From the IMG/VR virus record IMGVR_UViG_3300028840_002190: a stretch of 64,000 nt of DNA. One strand, given 5' to 3'. Origin of the DNA: a virus. Position numbers and translations under genes: made by a program. The notes under the pieces were generated by a model that was given only the letters and a program-made list of their open reading frames with translations, made no database searches and had not been told where the DNA came from. This document shows, in pieces, positions 51,976 through 61,823 of the stretch; the stretch's first letter is position 1, and each line of letters starts with the position of its first letter.

Positions 51976-54615
51976 ATGCTGAAGTTCACGAGACAGCTGT
52001 CTGCTGAGGGGAAGAGCGCCGCTCAGCAAGTCGATTGGACCCGGACAGATATCATCGTCAAAAACAACAAAACCGGTGAGATTCTCTATGAATGCCTGGA
52101 CGCTGAATTCCCCTCCAGCTGGTCCTACGACGCATGCAAAATCGTAGCGAGCAAATACTTCCGGCAGTCCAGGACATCAGAGCACACCGAAACCAGCGTC
52201 CGACAAATGGTCGAACGGGTCGTCAGTGCACTGGTCGATAGCGGCATCGAACAAGGATATTTCGATGAAGAAAACGGCCAAATTTTTGGAGATGAACTGG
52301 CCCTCCTTCTTTACGGACAGTACGGTTCTTTCAACAGCCCCGTCTGGTTCAACTTGGGAGTGCCAGGCGTCGATAAGCCCCAGTGTTCGGCATGCTTCAT
52401 CAACTCGGTGGATGACAGCATGGAGTCGATCCTCGAACTGGCCAAGACTGAAGGGCTTATCTTCAAAGACGGTTCTGGCTCCGGCGTAAACCTTTCCCCT
52501 CTGCGAGGGTCGCAAGAACGCATCCACGGCGGTGGTCACGCTTCCGGTCCTGTATCCTTTATGGCAGGCTACGACGCCTTCGCCAACGTGATCTTAAGCG
52601 GGGGGCGCACACGTCGAGCTGCGCGCATGGTCATCCTGGATGTTGACCACCCTGACGTCTGGAAGTTCATCAACACCAAAGCAGACCAGGAAGACATCGT
52701 GCAAGTTCTCGCACTGGCAGGGATGAGCACGGATTTCACCGATCCCGAAAGTGCTTACGGAGTAGTCAAGCACCAGACAGGGAACAACTCGGTTCGCGTC
52801 TCCGACACGTTCATGGAGAAGGTGCGCAACATTCTTCACGGATACCAGAACGACGTTCCGTGGGAGACTACCAACAGAGTAGACGGCACGACAGCAGAGA
52901 CGATCTCCGTACGTAGCCTATTCCGCGCCATCGCTGAAGCAGCGCACAAGTGTGGGGACCCCGGGATCCAATTCGGAGACACTATCAACGCCTATAACAC
53001 CTGTGCTGGAGACGGAGAAATCGTCGCTAGTAACCCGTGCAGCGAATTTGTCTGGCTCAACAACTCTGCCTGCAACCTCGCGAGTCTCAATCTCTGTCAG
53101 TTCTCCAAGTCAAAAAACACCTTCGACACTAAACTCTTCAAGCACGCCATCCGGACGTTCATCACAGCGCAAGACATCATCGTCAGTCTCGCCAGCTACC
53201 CTACCAAAGAGATCACCAAGAACAGCCTGGCTTACCGAACACTCGGTCTAGGGTACGCTAACCTCGGGGGCTTGTTGATGTCGTGGGGATTGGGCTACGA
53301 CAGTGAGGACGGAAGGGATGTCGCAGCATCGCTGACAAGCTGTCTAACGGCCTACGCCTATCAGACCAGCGCTGAGATCGCAGGTAAGCTAGGCCCCTTC
53401 CCGCGTTACGAAGAAAACGCCAGCCACGTAGAGGACGTTCTTGTTAAGCACCAAGCAGTCACTAAGAAGCTGAAGAGGGACCTTGCTGGTTTACAGGGTA
53501 AAGCTGTGACCGCCTGGAGAGACACAATCAACACTGCTTTCAAGAAGTCCGGGAAAGGGGTCCGTAACGCGCAGGTAACTCTTCTGGCCCCGACGGGGAC
53601 GATTGCTTTCATGATGGACTGCGCCACCACAGGTGTCGAACCTGACATCGGACTCAAAAAGACCAAGACATTAGTAGGCGGGGACGTCATGGAGTACGTA
53701 AACCCCAATGTCGAAGCAGCGCTGCAATCCTTAGAGTACGACCCCGAAGACCAAGATGATCTCCTCGAGTACATGAGGGAACACGGACACTTCGAAGGTT
53801 CCGCTCTACGAGAAGAACACCTCGAAGTTTTCGACTGTTCCATCCCCGTAGGTACCCGGCGTCTCTCAGTAGACGCACACATCGAAATGTGCGCGGCGAT
53901 TCAGCCTTTCCTCTCGGGGGCAATCTCCAAGACGTTCAACATGCCTCGGGAAGCCACAGTAGATGAAGTCGAGAGGACATTCCTCAAAGCATGGGAGAAG
54001 GGGGTCAAGTGCATTACGATCTACCGGGAAGGAAGCAAGCTCAGTGAGCCTCTTCGAGTGCGAGAACTCCGTAAGGAAACATCAGATGACCTCGCCGTAC
54101 CTGAACGTAAGTGTCTACCTGACGAGCGTGACCAGAAGGGGCACAAGTTCCACATTGGCCCGCACAAAGGCTACATCACAGTAGGGTTTTATCCCAACGG
54201 GCGCATGGGGGAGATCTTCCTCCGCATGGCGGGGCACGGATCCACTGTCAATGGGCTCCTCGACAGCTTCGGTACCCTAGCGTCCTTAGCTCTCCAATAC
54301 GGTATTCCCCTCGAGGAGCTCGTCTCACGGTTCGAGGGGTCACGGTTCGCTCCTTCCGGATGGACCAAGAATCCTAACATTCCATCCGCCAACTCCATCA
54401 TCGGTTACGTCTTCAAGTGGATTCGCTGGCGCTTCCTGGAAGAGGGGAATCAAGCTTTCCCTGAAGAGCGGCCTTCCATGCTGCCCCCTCCCATGGACGA
54501 GGACTTCGATCTCGCATCGGAACCGTGCCCCCATTGTGGGTCACAGTTGCGTAAGGTGGGTGCGACCTGTTACGATTGCCCCAATTGCTCATACAACACA
54601 GGAGCTTGCTCATGA
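51976..54615 (+). CDS. nrdJ: Class II (adenosylcobalamin-dependent) ribonucleotide reductase
   Basis: FNSPVWFN, QCSACFI, GSGSG, SGPVSFM, TRRAARM, SNPCSEF, CNLASLNL, APTGTI, C-terminal domain plus CPHCG...CPNC. Confidence 0.92.
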   Translation: MLKFTRQLSAEGKSAAQQVDWTRTDIIVKNNKTGEILYECLDAEFPSSWSYDACKIVASKYFRQSRTSEHTETSVRQMVERVVSALVDSGIEQGYFDEENGQIFGDELALLLYGQYGSFNSPVWFNLGVPGVDKPQCSACFINSVDDSMESILELAKTEGLIFKDGSGSGVNLSPLRGSQERIHGGGHASGPVSFMAGYDAFANVILSGGRTRRAARMVILDVDHPDVWKFINTKADQEDIVQVLALAGMSTDFTDPESAYGVVKHQTGNNSVRVSDTFMEKVRNILHGYQNDVPWETTNRVDGTTAETISVRSLFRAIAEAAHKCGDPGIQFGDTINAYNTCAGDGEIVASNPCSEFVWLNNSACNLASLNLCQFSKSKNTFDTKLFKHAIRTFITAQDIIVSLASYPTKEITKNSLAYRTLGLGYANLGGLLMSWGLGYDSEDGRDVAASLTSCLTAYAYQTSAEIAGKLGPFPRYEENASHVEDVLVKHQAVTKKLKRDLAGLQGKAVTAWRDTINTAFKKSGKGVRNAQVTLLAPTGTIAFMMDCATTGVEPDIGLKKTKTLVGGDVMEYVNPNVEAALQSLEYDPEDQDDLLEYMREHGHFEGSALREEHLEVFDCSIPVGTRRLSVDAHIEMCAAIQPFLSGAISKTFNMPREATVDEVERTFLKAWEKGVKCITIYREGSKLSEPLRVRELRKETSDDLAVPERKCLPDERDQKGHKFHIGPHKGYITVGFYPNGRMGEIFLRMAGHGSTVNGLLDSFGTLASLALQYGIPLEELVSRFEGSRFAPSGWTKNPNIPSANSIIGYVFKWIRWRFLEEGNQAFPEERPSMLPPPMDEDFDLASEPCPHCGSQLRKVGATCYDCPNCSYNTGACS

Positions 54616-54821
54616 CAGACATCAAACAACTGAAGTGCATGTTCGAAGAGTGTTCCGGCACTCTCGGACCGGAATCCGTGGAGATCCGTCACCAGGGCGA
54701 GCTTGTCGGTTTCATCTGCGACAACTGTCAGCGTGGACCCAAAGGATTCAAGTTGACCCTCAAGAAGGAAGACGGGAAATTCACCCCGATCCAAGCTGTC
54801 CCCCTCTCCAACGTTCGTTGA
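54612..54821 (+). CDS. Small Cys-containing hypothetical protein
   Basis: ATGA overlap with the nrdJ stop; C-x4-C ... CDNC. Confidence 0.55.
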   Translation: MTDIKQLKCMFEECSGTLGPESVEIRHQGELVGFICDNCQRGPKGFKLTLKKEDGKFTPIQAVPLSNVR

Positions 54822-54822
54822 C

Positions 54823-55326
54823 ATGCCTGTTATCGTCCCTGCCTTTGTGAACGGTCTCATCGCGGCGGAAACTCCGCCTAAAGAGAGCATAGCGCAACAG
54901 GCCAAGGGATTTGTCGACGCCTTCATTCCTTACATCAAGGGAGCGGTGTCTAACGGCATCCCCATCACTCAACCAACCTGCGACCTCCCTGTGACGCAAA
55001 GCGCGTTGCAGGGAGGTGTCGCATACGCCTTTTCTTTGGGTTCGGGACCTGCCGTGGCGAACGCCTTGGGCCAAGCTATCCTGGCGTTCTTCAATTCCGC
55101 ACCTGTAGTGCCTCCCGCCAGTGGGTTCTTCTCCAGTGCTCTGGGAGCCGCAATCTCCGGACCCCTCTGGACCTACATGTCAGGAATCAGCGCTCCCGTG
55201 GATCTTCAGAAGCCTGCCAAAACAGCTGTTGTAAGCGCGATTACTTCGTGGATGGCTGCAGGGCCCGGAGGGGGTCTGTTTGTTACATTTCCAGGGTCGC
55301 CGAATATCCAGGCACCGATCACCTAG
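54823..55326 (+). CDS. Hypothetical Ala/Gly/Pro-rich protein
   Basis: 167 aa; possibly a virion/baseplate-tip component, unverified. Confidence 0.5.
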   Translation: MPVIVPAFVNGLIAAETPPKESIAQQAKGFVDAFIPYIKGAVSNGIPITQPTCDLPVTQSALQGGVAYAFSLGSGPAVANALGQAILAFFNSAPVVPPASGFFSSALGAAISGPLWTYMSGISAPVDLQKPAKTAVVSAITSWMAAGPGGGLFVTFPGSPNIQAPIT

Positions 55327-58049
55327 GACTGGAACGTAGGCATAATCGTGCCCATAACGTAAACCGTAGAGACACTTCCGGTAGACAGCTGAAGGTCTCC
55401 GGTAGAGGTGTTCACCTTGAGTGTCACACGGTCCGAAGCTCCACTAGCTACCTGGAGCGGGAACGGACTCGCTCCCTCATAGATTCTGGCAAATTCGTAC
55501 TGTGACGCTTCTCCGCTATTCCCAAAGTAGACGTGACGTGTACAAGCGTAAACTGCCTCAATCGCATCCTGTACGTCTCCAGCAGGGGAAACATTCAAGA
55601 AGTCAGAATCTGTACTAACCGTCAATGATGCGAACGCCCGTCGACCGCGCCAATCAAAACCGGACTGTAAGGTAATATCCCCAGAGCTAGCCGAAATAGA
55701 CTGGGTGAAGAAGTACGGAGTAGGCTGCATCTCGAACTGGGAACGAGTCCCAGAATAATTGGGGGATCCAAAGGGCGAGACGTGTACGTAGTCATCCCAA
55801 CCATTGAACGGGTTAGGCGTCCCCCAAGAATCAGGAGATCCGAAACCTTGAAGGTACTGTCTTATCCCGTAGTCGGTAAACGCGTACATCGAAGCGGGGA
55901 TACCGGAGATGTTCCGGACCCACCCGCTGACGCCTCCCACATGATGACAGTTGAACGCAATGAGGAGGCACGAACCGAGTCCGTCAAATCCTGCATCAGG
56001 AAGAGCCCTGTCCGCGTAGTACGCATAGACCCCCGACTGTCCAGACGTAGACGTAGTCTCAAACAGCCGCTTGAGGATTCCGGACTTGTCCTCCGAAGAG
56101 GCCCCCAACACATGTCCCCCCGTCGTACCGCTGACACCATCGTCATAAAGGACAAACGCGCCACCTAGGCCCATCCCCCACCTAGACGTCCCTGCGTGTT
56201 CGTGGAGCGTATACGTGGTACTCGTCTCTGAGTTAAACTGGAACGTTGCACCCGCAGCTAACCCGGTTCGGACAGAACTAAAGATCATATTCTGGCTCAT
56301 GAACCACATGAGCGCATTTCCTGTCCCTGAGTCATCCGCAGCTGCGATGAAGTCTCCTGTTGCGCCTGAAGGTGCCGCCCCCTGCACCATCAAGATGTCT
56401 CCACCCCGAACATACCAACTCGTGGTATTCCACATGATGTCGTTAAGAGGCGTGGAGGTAAAGTTGTAACGGTAGAAGAGCTTCCACGTAGTCAATGCAG
56501 GGTAGCGCTCATGCCAAGATCCAAGATTGACATGGCCGTAATCGTTCAGCGTGACGAAGTCATCAAATTCCCACGCCCCTGTTACGATCTCATCCGATCC
56601 GAGAGCTGCTCGGGCGTTAGTCCCAGCCTGTAACTGGATGAGCTGATCGAATACGCTACCAGGGGAAAGCGGTGTAAGCAATTGGCTAGCACCACTAACA
56701 GGTATGTTGGTCTTACTCCCTACAAGCTCAGATCCTCCAGTACCTGTGGACTGCGCCAGGTCGTGGACGACGGCATTGATAACATTTTGGATTGTAGCAG
56801 GAGAGCCGGAGCTTACAGGAACAGCTCCAAACCAGTCCTCGGTAAGGGTTACCAGAATGCTAGTGGACCCTGAGATGATACGGTCGACCGTGTACTGGTG
56901 CTCTCCGCCATAAATCCCACCAGGAATCGAACCTAGCCCTGTAGAAAGAACAGTGCCATCAATGAACACAAGGTCGTCCCCGATACGTTTACAGATCGGG
57001 ATACTCTGAGGAATCTTGGCAGGCTCCACAGAACTGTTGAAGAGCTGCTCAGGACGCGTCACTACTACGGGAGTGAGAGGCTCGTTAGTCAGCGTCGCCT
57101 GCCTGCGTCCTCCCACCTCCGTAGGGTCTCCGTGGTTGCCGAAAAACCCTGCTTCGTCTTTGATGTAGGGGTAGTAAATCCCCAAGGTGTCGCCGTCTTT
57201 TAGGTAGTTGATATTAGGATACGGCCCTACCGGAGCACCAGGATAAGTGCCTGCAAAAAACGACTGGAGAACGCTGTTGGGGATCTGGTGAATTTCACGC
57301 TGCTGTTCCCGCGTGAACAGATACTCACCCGCACTAGGAGCTACATCTGCGATGTCAATGACGGTTCCAGTATCACCACCGTCATTCGTGACGTTAACCA
57401 AATTCACAACATCAGGGTCTGCCAGTAGAGCGAGTTCCAACTGATTTAACGTAATCGAACCGTCATTCGAAACTTCAATGTTGATGACGTGTTTAGGGTC
57501 CCCTGTGACGCTGATATTCAATACGCCTGTAGACGAGGTATATGCCCAATTCACGCGGATGGTATCCCCACCCTCTGCGGCCTGATAACGCGAAGTAAGA
57601 TGTACCGTGTAGCTCCTAGGAGGAACAGTGTTCTCCGCATAGAAGGACTCTACGTGGTGTGCATCCTGCGCGACTGAGAGGATCGACTCCAGCGCAATGT
57701 GACTCGAAACTACGAAATACCCCCGGTAAGGGTCGAGGGGATCGATCCACGGATCAGCCGAACCTAGAGCCTGTGGAAGCCAATCCGTAAATGTACTCCA
57801 ACCGCCCCCGTAATAATCACTGACAATTCCGCCTCCCTGAATGATCCAGCGCATGTCCGTATCGGAACGGTACATCTGGTCTTCCAAGTCAGAGCGTACG
57901 AACTCCGTCCGATTCCGAATATTCTCACCAGGACGGTTCAGAACCGTATCGATAACGCGCTCGCCGTTGTCAATCGGGCTGATAGCATCCGGATCATTAC
58001 GCTCGCCAGTATCCGAAGCGTTACGGTAATTGAGTCTCTGCGTTCCCAT
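55323..58049 (-). CDS. Tail fibre / receptor-binding-like protein
   Basis: 908 aa, Gly/Ser/Thr-rich modular sequence directly after baseplate and collar genes. Confidence 0.6.
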   Translation of the reverse strand: MGTQRLNYRNASDTGERNDPDAISPIDNGERVIDTVLNRPGENIRNRTEFVRSDLEDQMYRSDTDMRWIIQGGGIVSDYYGGGWSTFTDWLPQALGSADPWIDPLDPYRGYFVVSSHIALESILSVAQDAHHVESFYAENTVPPRSYTVHLTSRYQAAEGGDTIRVNWAYTSSTGVLNISVTGDPKHVINIEVSNDGSITLNQLELALLADPDVVNLVNVTNDGGDTGTVIDIADVAPSAGEYLFTREQQREIHQIPNSVLQSFFAGTYPGAPVGPYPNINYLKDGDTLGIYYPYIKDEAGFFGNHGDPTEVGGRRQATLTNEPLTPVVVTRPEQLFNSSVEPAKIPQSIPICKRIGDDLVFIDGTVLSTGLGSIPGGIYGGEHQYTVDRIISGSTSILVTLTEDWFGAVPVSSGSPATIQNVINAVVHDLAQSTGTGGSELVGSKTNIPVSGASQLLTPLSPGSVFDQLIQLQAGTNARAALGSDEIVTGAWEFDDFVTLNDYGHVNLGSWHERYPALTTWKLFYRYNFTSTPLNDIMWNTTSWYVRGGDILMVQGAAPSGATGDFIAAADDSGTGNALMWFMSQNMIFSSVRTGLAAGATFQFNSETSTTYTLHEHAGTSRWGMGLGGAFVLYDDGVSGTTGGHVLGASSEDKSGILKRLFETTSTSGQSGVYAYYADRALPDAGFDGLGSCLLIAFNCHHVGGVSGWVRNISGIPASMYAFTDYGIRQYLQGFGSPDSWGTPNPFNGWDDYVHVSPFGSPNYSGTRSQFEMQPTPYFFTQSISASSGDITLQSGFDWRGRRAFASLTVSTDSDFLNVSPAGDVQDAIEAVYACTRHVYFGNSGEASQYEFARIYEGASPFPLQVASGASDRVTLKVNTSTGDLQLSTGSVSTVYVMGTIMPTFQS

Positions 58050-58061
58050 GCGAAGCTCCTC

Positions 58062-58646
58062 CTAGGCCACCGTCATGCCAAGATACCAGTTGAACACCAC
58101 GGTCATGGTGCTGGTTTTGACGAACGGAGAGAACGTTTGGCGGGCGTACATCAATGTATTCGCCGACGTATAGAAATCTGACGCATTATCCCCACGAGTA
58201 AACAGCCCAACTTCCTGTAACGGAGACGGGTCATTCGCCTCTGCAGTAGAGAAAGTCATCGTGCAATGAATTTCAAACGTGGGGGCTGGGACGTACAAAA
58301 CCTGACCAGGAGGTACGAGCTGCTTTGTGAGGACATCAGCGCCGAGGGCAGTCTGGTTCACCGTAGGGGGTGTACCGTCAGTGCCCACCCCAAGGAACCC
58401 AATAGCGTTGTACTCTGGGTTCTGCTGTCCAGGACTGCCTGTCGGGTACTGTGTCAGCATCTCAAGCACAGCTTGCCGACCGGTGTTGACGATCTGATTC
58501 TGCTTCTTTACGTGGTAAACCCGCTTGCCACCCTTAGCCTCATCGAAAACGCTGACTTCGATCCGACCGTAGAGCTGCGCGCTGTCCTTGTAAACCGTCA
58601 AGGGCTTTAACAGCCTGTCGGCGAAATTCCTGAAAATATCACTCAT
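58062..58646 (-). CDS. Tail-collar fibre/baseplate protein
   Basis: NQIVNTGRQ, GVGTDGTPP..QTAL, EAN...LQEVGLF, YARQTF..FVK pattern of tail-collar fibre proteins. Confidence 0.65.
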   Translation of the reverse strand: MSDIFRNFADRLLKPLTVYKDSAQLYGRIEVSVFDEAKGGKRVYHVKKQNQIVNTGRQAVLEMLTQYPTGSPGQQNPEYNAIGFLGVGTDGTPPTVNQTALGADVLTKQLVPPGQVLYVPAPTFEIHCTMTFSTAEANDPSPLQEVGLFTRGDNASDFYTSANTLMYARQTFSPFVKTSTMTVVFNWYLGMTVA

Positions 58647-58688
58647 TAGAGCCCTCGCTGGTAGAGACTCGAGTACTTTACCACGGCA

Positions 58689-61600
58689 CTACGGATAAAT
58701 ATAGGACAAACCACCGTCATCAATTCCAACTTCGATAGCGCGATCAATTTCTTCAGAACCAACGGGGGGTCCAGGCAGTCCCTTACGGACATAGAGCGGC
58801 TCTAAACCCCCAACGAAAATAGGAGTGTACCCTACGCGCGTATCAGGGTCCGGAGGGGGAGACACATTGTCAATCGCCACCACCAGAGAAGAGAAATTGA
58901 TGGGTGGGCCAGGGTCCCACGCATACGTCACAACATCCGGAGTGAACGTCCAAGCTGTAGGTGACGTAGGGTCGTAGTCAAAAGTGTAGTGGGTTCCCTC
59001 TACAACCTTGGTACCCCCATCCACAGTTGCGTCTAAGCTCACACGGACGACGTACTCGTTAGGCGCAATTGGAAGGGGAGGAGAAGGCCCAGGGGGAGGT
59101 GGGGATACCACGCCGCTAGGCACGGAAACGTACTCGTTGTAAGCGTAGTAATCCCCGACACTCAAAGGACTACCGACTAACAAGGAATTGTCCGCAATCT
59201 CAACGTCATCGGATAACTCCTGAGTGAGAAACCACTCCAGGAGGTCCCATAACTCAGCGGAATCCGTAAAAAACTCTCCGGGTTGCACGTAAGGGTACGT
59301 ATATGAAGGCTTCGCCACCAACACTAGCTCATCGAGGTCTTGACGAAATTCTGCGTCCATCTCGAGATTTGAATCAATCTCGATGTTGAACATGTGCATC
59401 TTAAGGTAACGGTCAAAAAGGCAGAACGCAACATTGTGACGATAGTCCGATGTTGCCAGATTGACGTTGCCCTCATCGTCAGCACCGACATAGAGACCGG
59501 GGTCACCCACACAAGCATCGTCTCCGGGAAGCACGATGTTCTCGAAGAGGTTTGTTGACGCGAAACGTCGAATGGCGGGCTCGTCCTTCCAGAGGATCTC
59601 GGGGATGTACTTGTTGTGCCACCACGTAGGATCCTCAAGGTAATCAACAACCGTGAAGGCTAACGTGAGAGGTTCGAACGACTCAAACGTCAAAACTCCG
59701 TAGTTGTTCGGGTCCATGACGTCTTCACGGAGAGGGAGCAAGAAGGGGTAGTAGTACTCGCGCTTATCGGTGGTAACCGTCTGTCGGAACGACCGAGTGA
59801 CCCTCCAATTCAGAGGGGTCTCGTCCACAAAGCCGTAGACAGTTTCGAGCTCCACCGTGTTGGGGCCTACCACCTCGAGAATCTTGAAGGGGCCGTCATT
59901 GGCCTCGTTAACCGCATCTGAGATAACAACGTATCCTCCGACATCCAATTCGGAGAACGTGTAGGAAGGCGTATTAAAAGTCACCGACGCCGCAACTATC
60001 GTCCCGTCTATACCCTCACCGTCCACGCCATTGTCGTACGCCTGAAGGATCTCCCCATCCGTGCGTACTAGAGGGAGATCGGCGATAACATTGAGCGCGG
60101 CTTCTGTACGTTTGAAAATGGGACCGTAAACGTAAAAGTGGATGATGCCCCGCAAGAAAGCTTTGTACGCGTCCGATGATGCCTCAAACCGATTGAGGAG
60201 AGTCCCGTAGTTGTAGTACAGCGAAAAGTTGTCGACATCCACTTGTGGAACCCAGTAAGAGATCTCCTTCACACGCCCCTCTGCGTATTCAAAAGTCTCG
60301 CCGCTCGCCGAAAACAACACTTCCCGCAGATACTGGAAACTCGCGTGGTTGCTCGACCCATCATCCCACGGTTTAGTAGGGATGATAGCTCCTCGGTAGT
60401 AGTCGACGGTGAAATCCTCACCCTCAACAACAGTACCTCCGAAAGGTCGAGTAGCGTACACGGTGACACTGCCGGGAACGACATGCCGGATACCCAAGGG
60501 AGTGGAGGGGGGAGCCTGAGCTACCGCCCACCCACTATCGAAGTATGTCCACTCCCCGTCTGCCAGGCCGACAGATTGTGGATCCTCCGCCAACTTAGCC
60601 TCATTGTCCGGGGACCCTACCACTTCAGCTAGCGCGAACGAACGGTTATACGGAGCTCCCAGCGTTATACCCCACGGAGGAGTCGCCCCCACCATAGCCG
60701 GAACGAAGGGCGTGAAAGCGTTCAGTTCTACGTAAAGATCGCCGCCCACATTCTTCAAAATGTTCAACGGGTCTCCAGAAGCGTCCATCACAGCGGGTCC
60801 TGGGATTGGTCCAGACAACGGGAAACCTTGTACAGGATCGTCTGCACGTTCGCGTACTACGGAGTAGACCAGAGGAGGGTTCACTTCCAAGGGGTACGGG
60901 GTTTCCGCAGGACCTACGAAGAAAGCATTATCAATGTAGTCAATCTCGTAGTCCTGGAAACTGCCGTAGTACACTCCTTTGTGAAGCTCCCAATCCACAG
61001 GCCCGGAGGCCGAAGTCACCCCATAGAACATGGGCTCAAGGATAACCTGGAACGCTGAATTAACCGTCTTTACCACGTAAAACCCGTCATAGACGGGGGT
61101 AGATCCTTTGATCTTGATGATGTCTCCGACATTGGTATCCGAGAAAGTAGAGACCGTGGTGAAGAAAATCATGTCCGGAGCGACATACCCCAACTGCCCG
61201 TTAGCCGCACCCGAAGAATCGTAAAGCTGCGTACCCGTGTATGCCAAGAGACGCAGCGTATCCCCACGTTTTACTTCCGAATCAGAGTACCAAGGCAGTT
61301 CCCCGCGCTTTCGGTCTGTGAAGCGATTACCTACTTCGATAGTCGCGTACCGCCATGCAAGACCCTTCGAGGGAAACCAGTCCCCACTAGGTTCCTGATA
61401 AGCCCGAAAAGGGTCCTCAAAGAACCGAAGATAGCCGTCGTTATCTAAAACCTCAAAGTCGACATCCCGCTCGAGCTCGATAGTAGGGTCGAAAATGGTG
61501 TTCTGCAAAAACTCCGTGTTTACGGACGAGCCCGGCATGTCATAAACGAACCGGTCTTCTGAAACGGCAAGACCCTGTTGGAACTGGAGCTCATTCTCCT

Positions 61601-61820
61601 TTATAGCGAAAAGACGCCAGAACTCCTTGTCGAATAGGGGAGTATCTACAACGCCCGTATTGAGCACTGTCGCCATCAGATCGAGGTACGCCTCACCTAG
61701 CGCCATCTCTGACGCCTGGTAATATGCCTGCAGGTCCTCGATGTCTCGGAAAAAGCGCTGCCAGAAATCCGAAAGACCGTAGAGAAGAGTAGACGGGAAG
61801 TCCCCAATTGTGAGTGCCAT
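58689..61820 (-). CDS. Baseplate wedge protein
   Basis: 1043 aa acidic beta-rich protein between the baseplate J-like and collar genes. Confidence 0.6.
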   Translation of the reverse strand: MALTIGDFPSTLLYGLSDFWQRFFRDIEDLQAYYQASEMALGEAYLDLMATVLNTGVVDTPLFDKEFWRLFAIKENELQFQQGLAVSEDRFVYDMPGSSVNTEFLQNTIFDPTIELERDVDFEVLDNDGYLRFFEDPFRAYQEPSGDWFPSKGLAWRYATIEVGNRFTDRKRGELPWYSDSEVKRGDTLRLLAYTGTQLYDSSGAANGQLGYVAPDMIFFTTVSTFSDTNVGDIIKIKGSTPVYDGFYVVKTVNSAFQVILEPMFYGVTSASGPVDWELHKGVYYGSFQDYEIDYIDNAFFVGPAETPYPLEVNPPLVYSVVRERADDPVQGFPLSGPIPGPAVMDASGDPLNILKNVGGDLYVELNAFTPFVPAMVGATPPWGITLGAPYNRSFALAEVVGSPDNEAKLAEDPQSVGLADGEWTYFDSGWAVAQAPPSTPLGIRHVVPGSVTVYATRPFGGTVVEGEDFTVDYYRGAIIPTKPWDDGSSNHASFQYLREVLFSASGETFEYAEGRVKEISYWVPQVDVDNFSLYYNYGTLLNRFEASSDAYKAFLRGIIHFYVYGPIFKRTEAALNVIADLPLVRTDGEILQAYDNGVDGEGIDGTIVAASVTFNTPSYTFSELDVGGYVVISDAVNEANDGPFKILEVVGPNTVELETVYGFVDETPLNWRVTRSFRQTVTTDKREYYYPFLLPLREDVMDPNNYGVLTFESFEPLTLAFTVVDYLEDPTWWHNKYIPEILWKDEPAIRRFASTNLFENIVLPGDDACVGDPGLYVGADDEGNVNLATSDYRHNVAFCLFDRYLKMHMFNIEIDSNLEMDAEFRQDLDELVLVAKPSYTYPYVQPGEFFTDSAELWDLLEWFLTQELSDDVEIADNSLLVGSPLSVGDYYAYNEYVSVPSGVVSPPPPGPSPPLPIAPNEYVVRVSLDATVDGGTKVVEGTHYTFDYDPTSPTAWTFTPDVVTYAWDPGPPINFSSLVVAIDNVSPPPDPDTRVGYTPIFVGGLEPLYVRKGLPGPPVGSEEIDRAIEVGIDDGGLSYIYP

Positions 61821-61823
61821 GGC

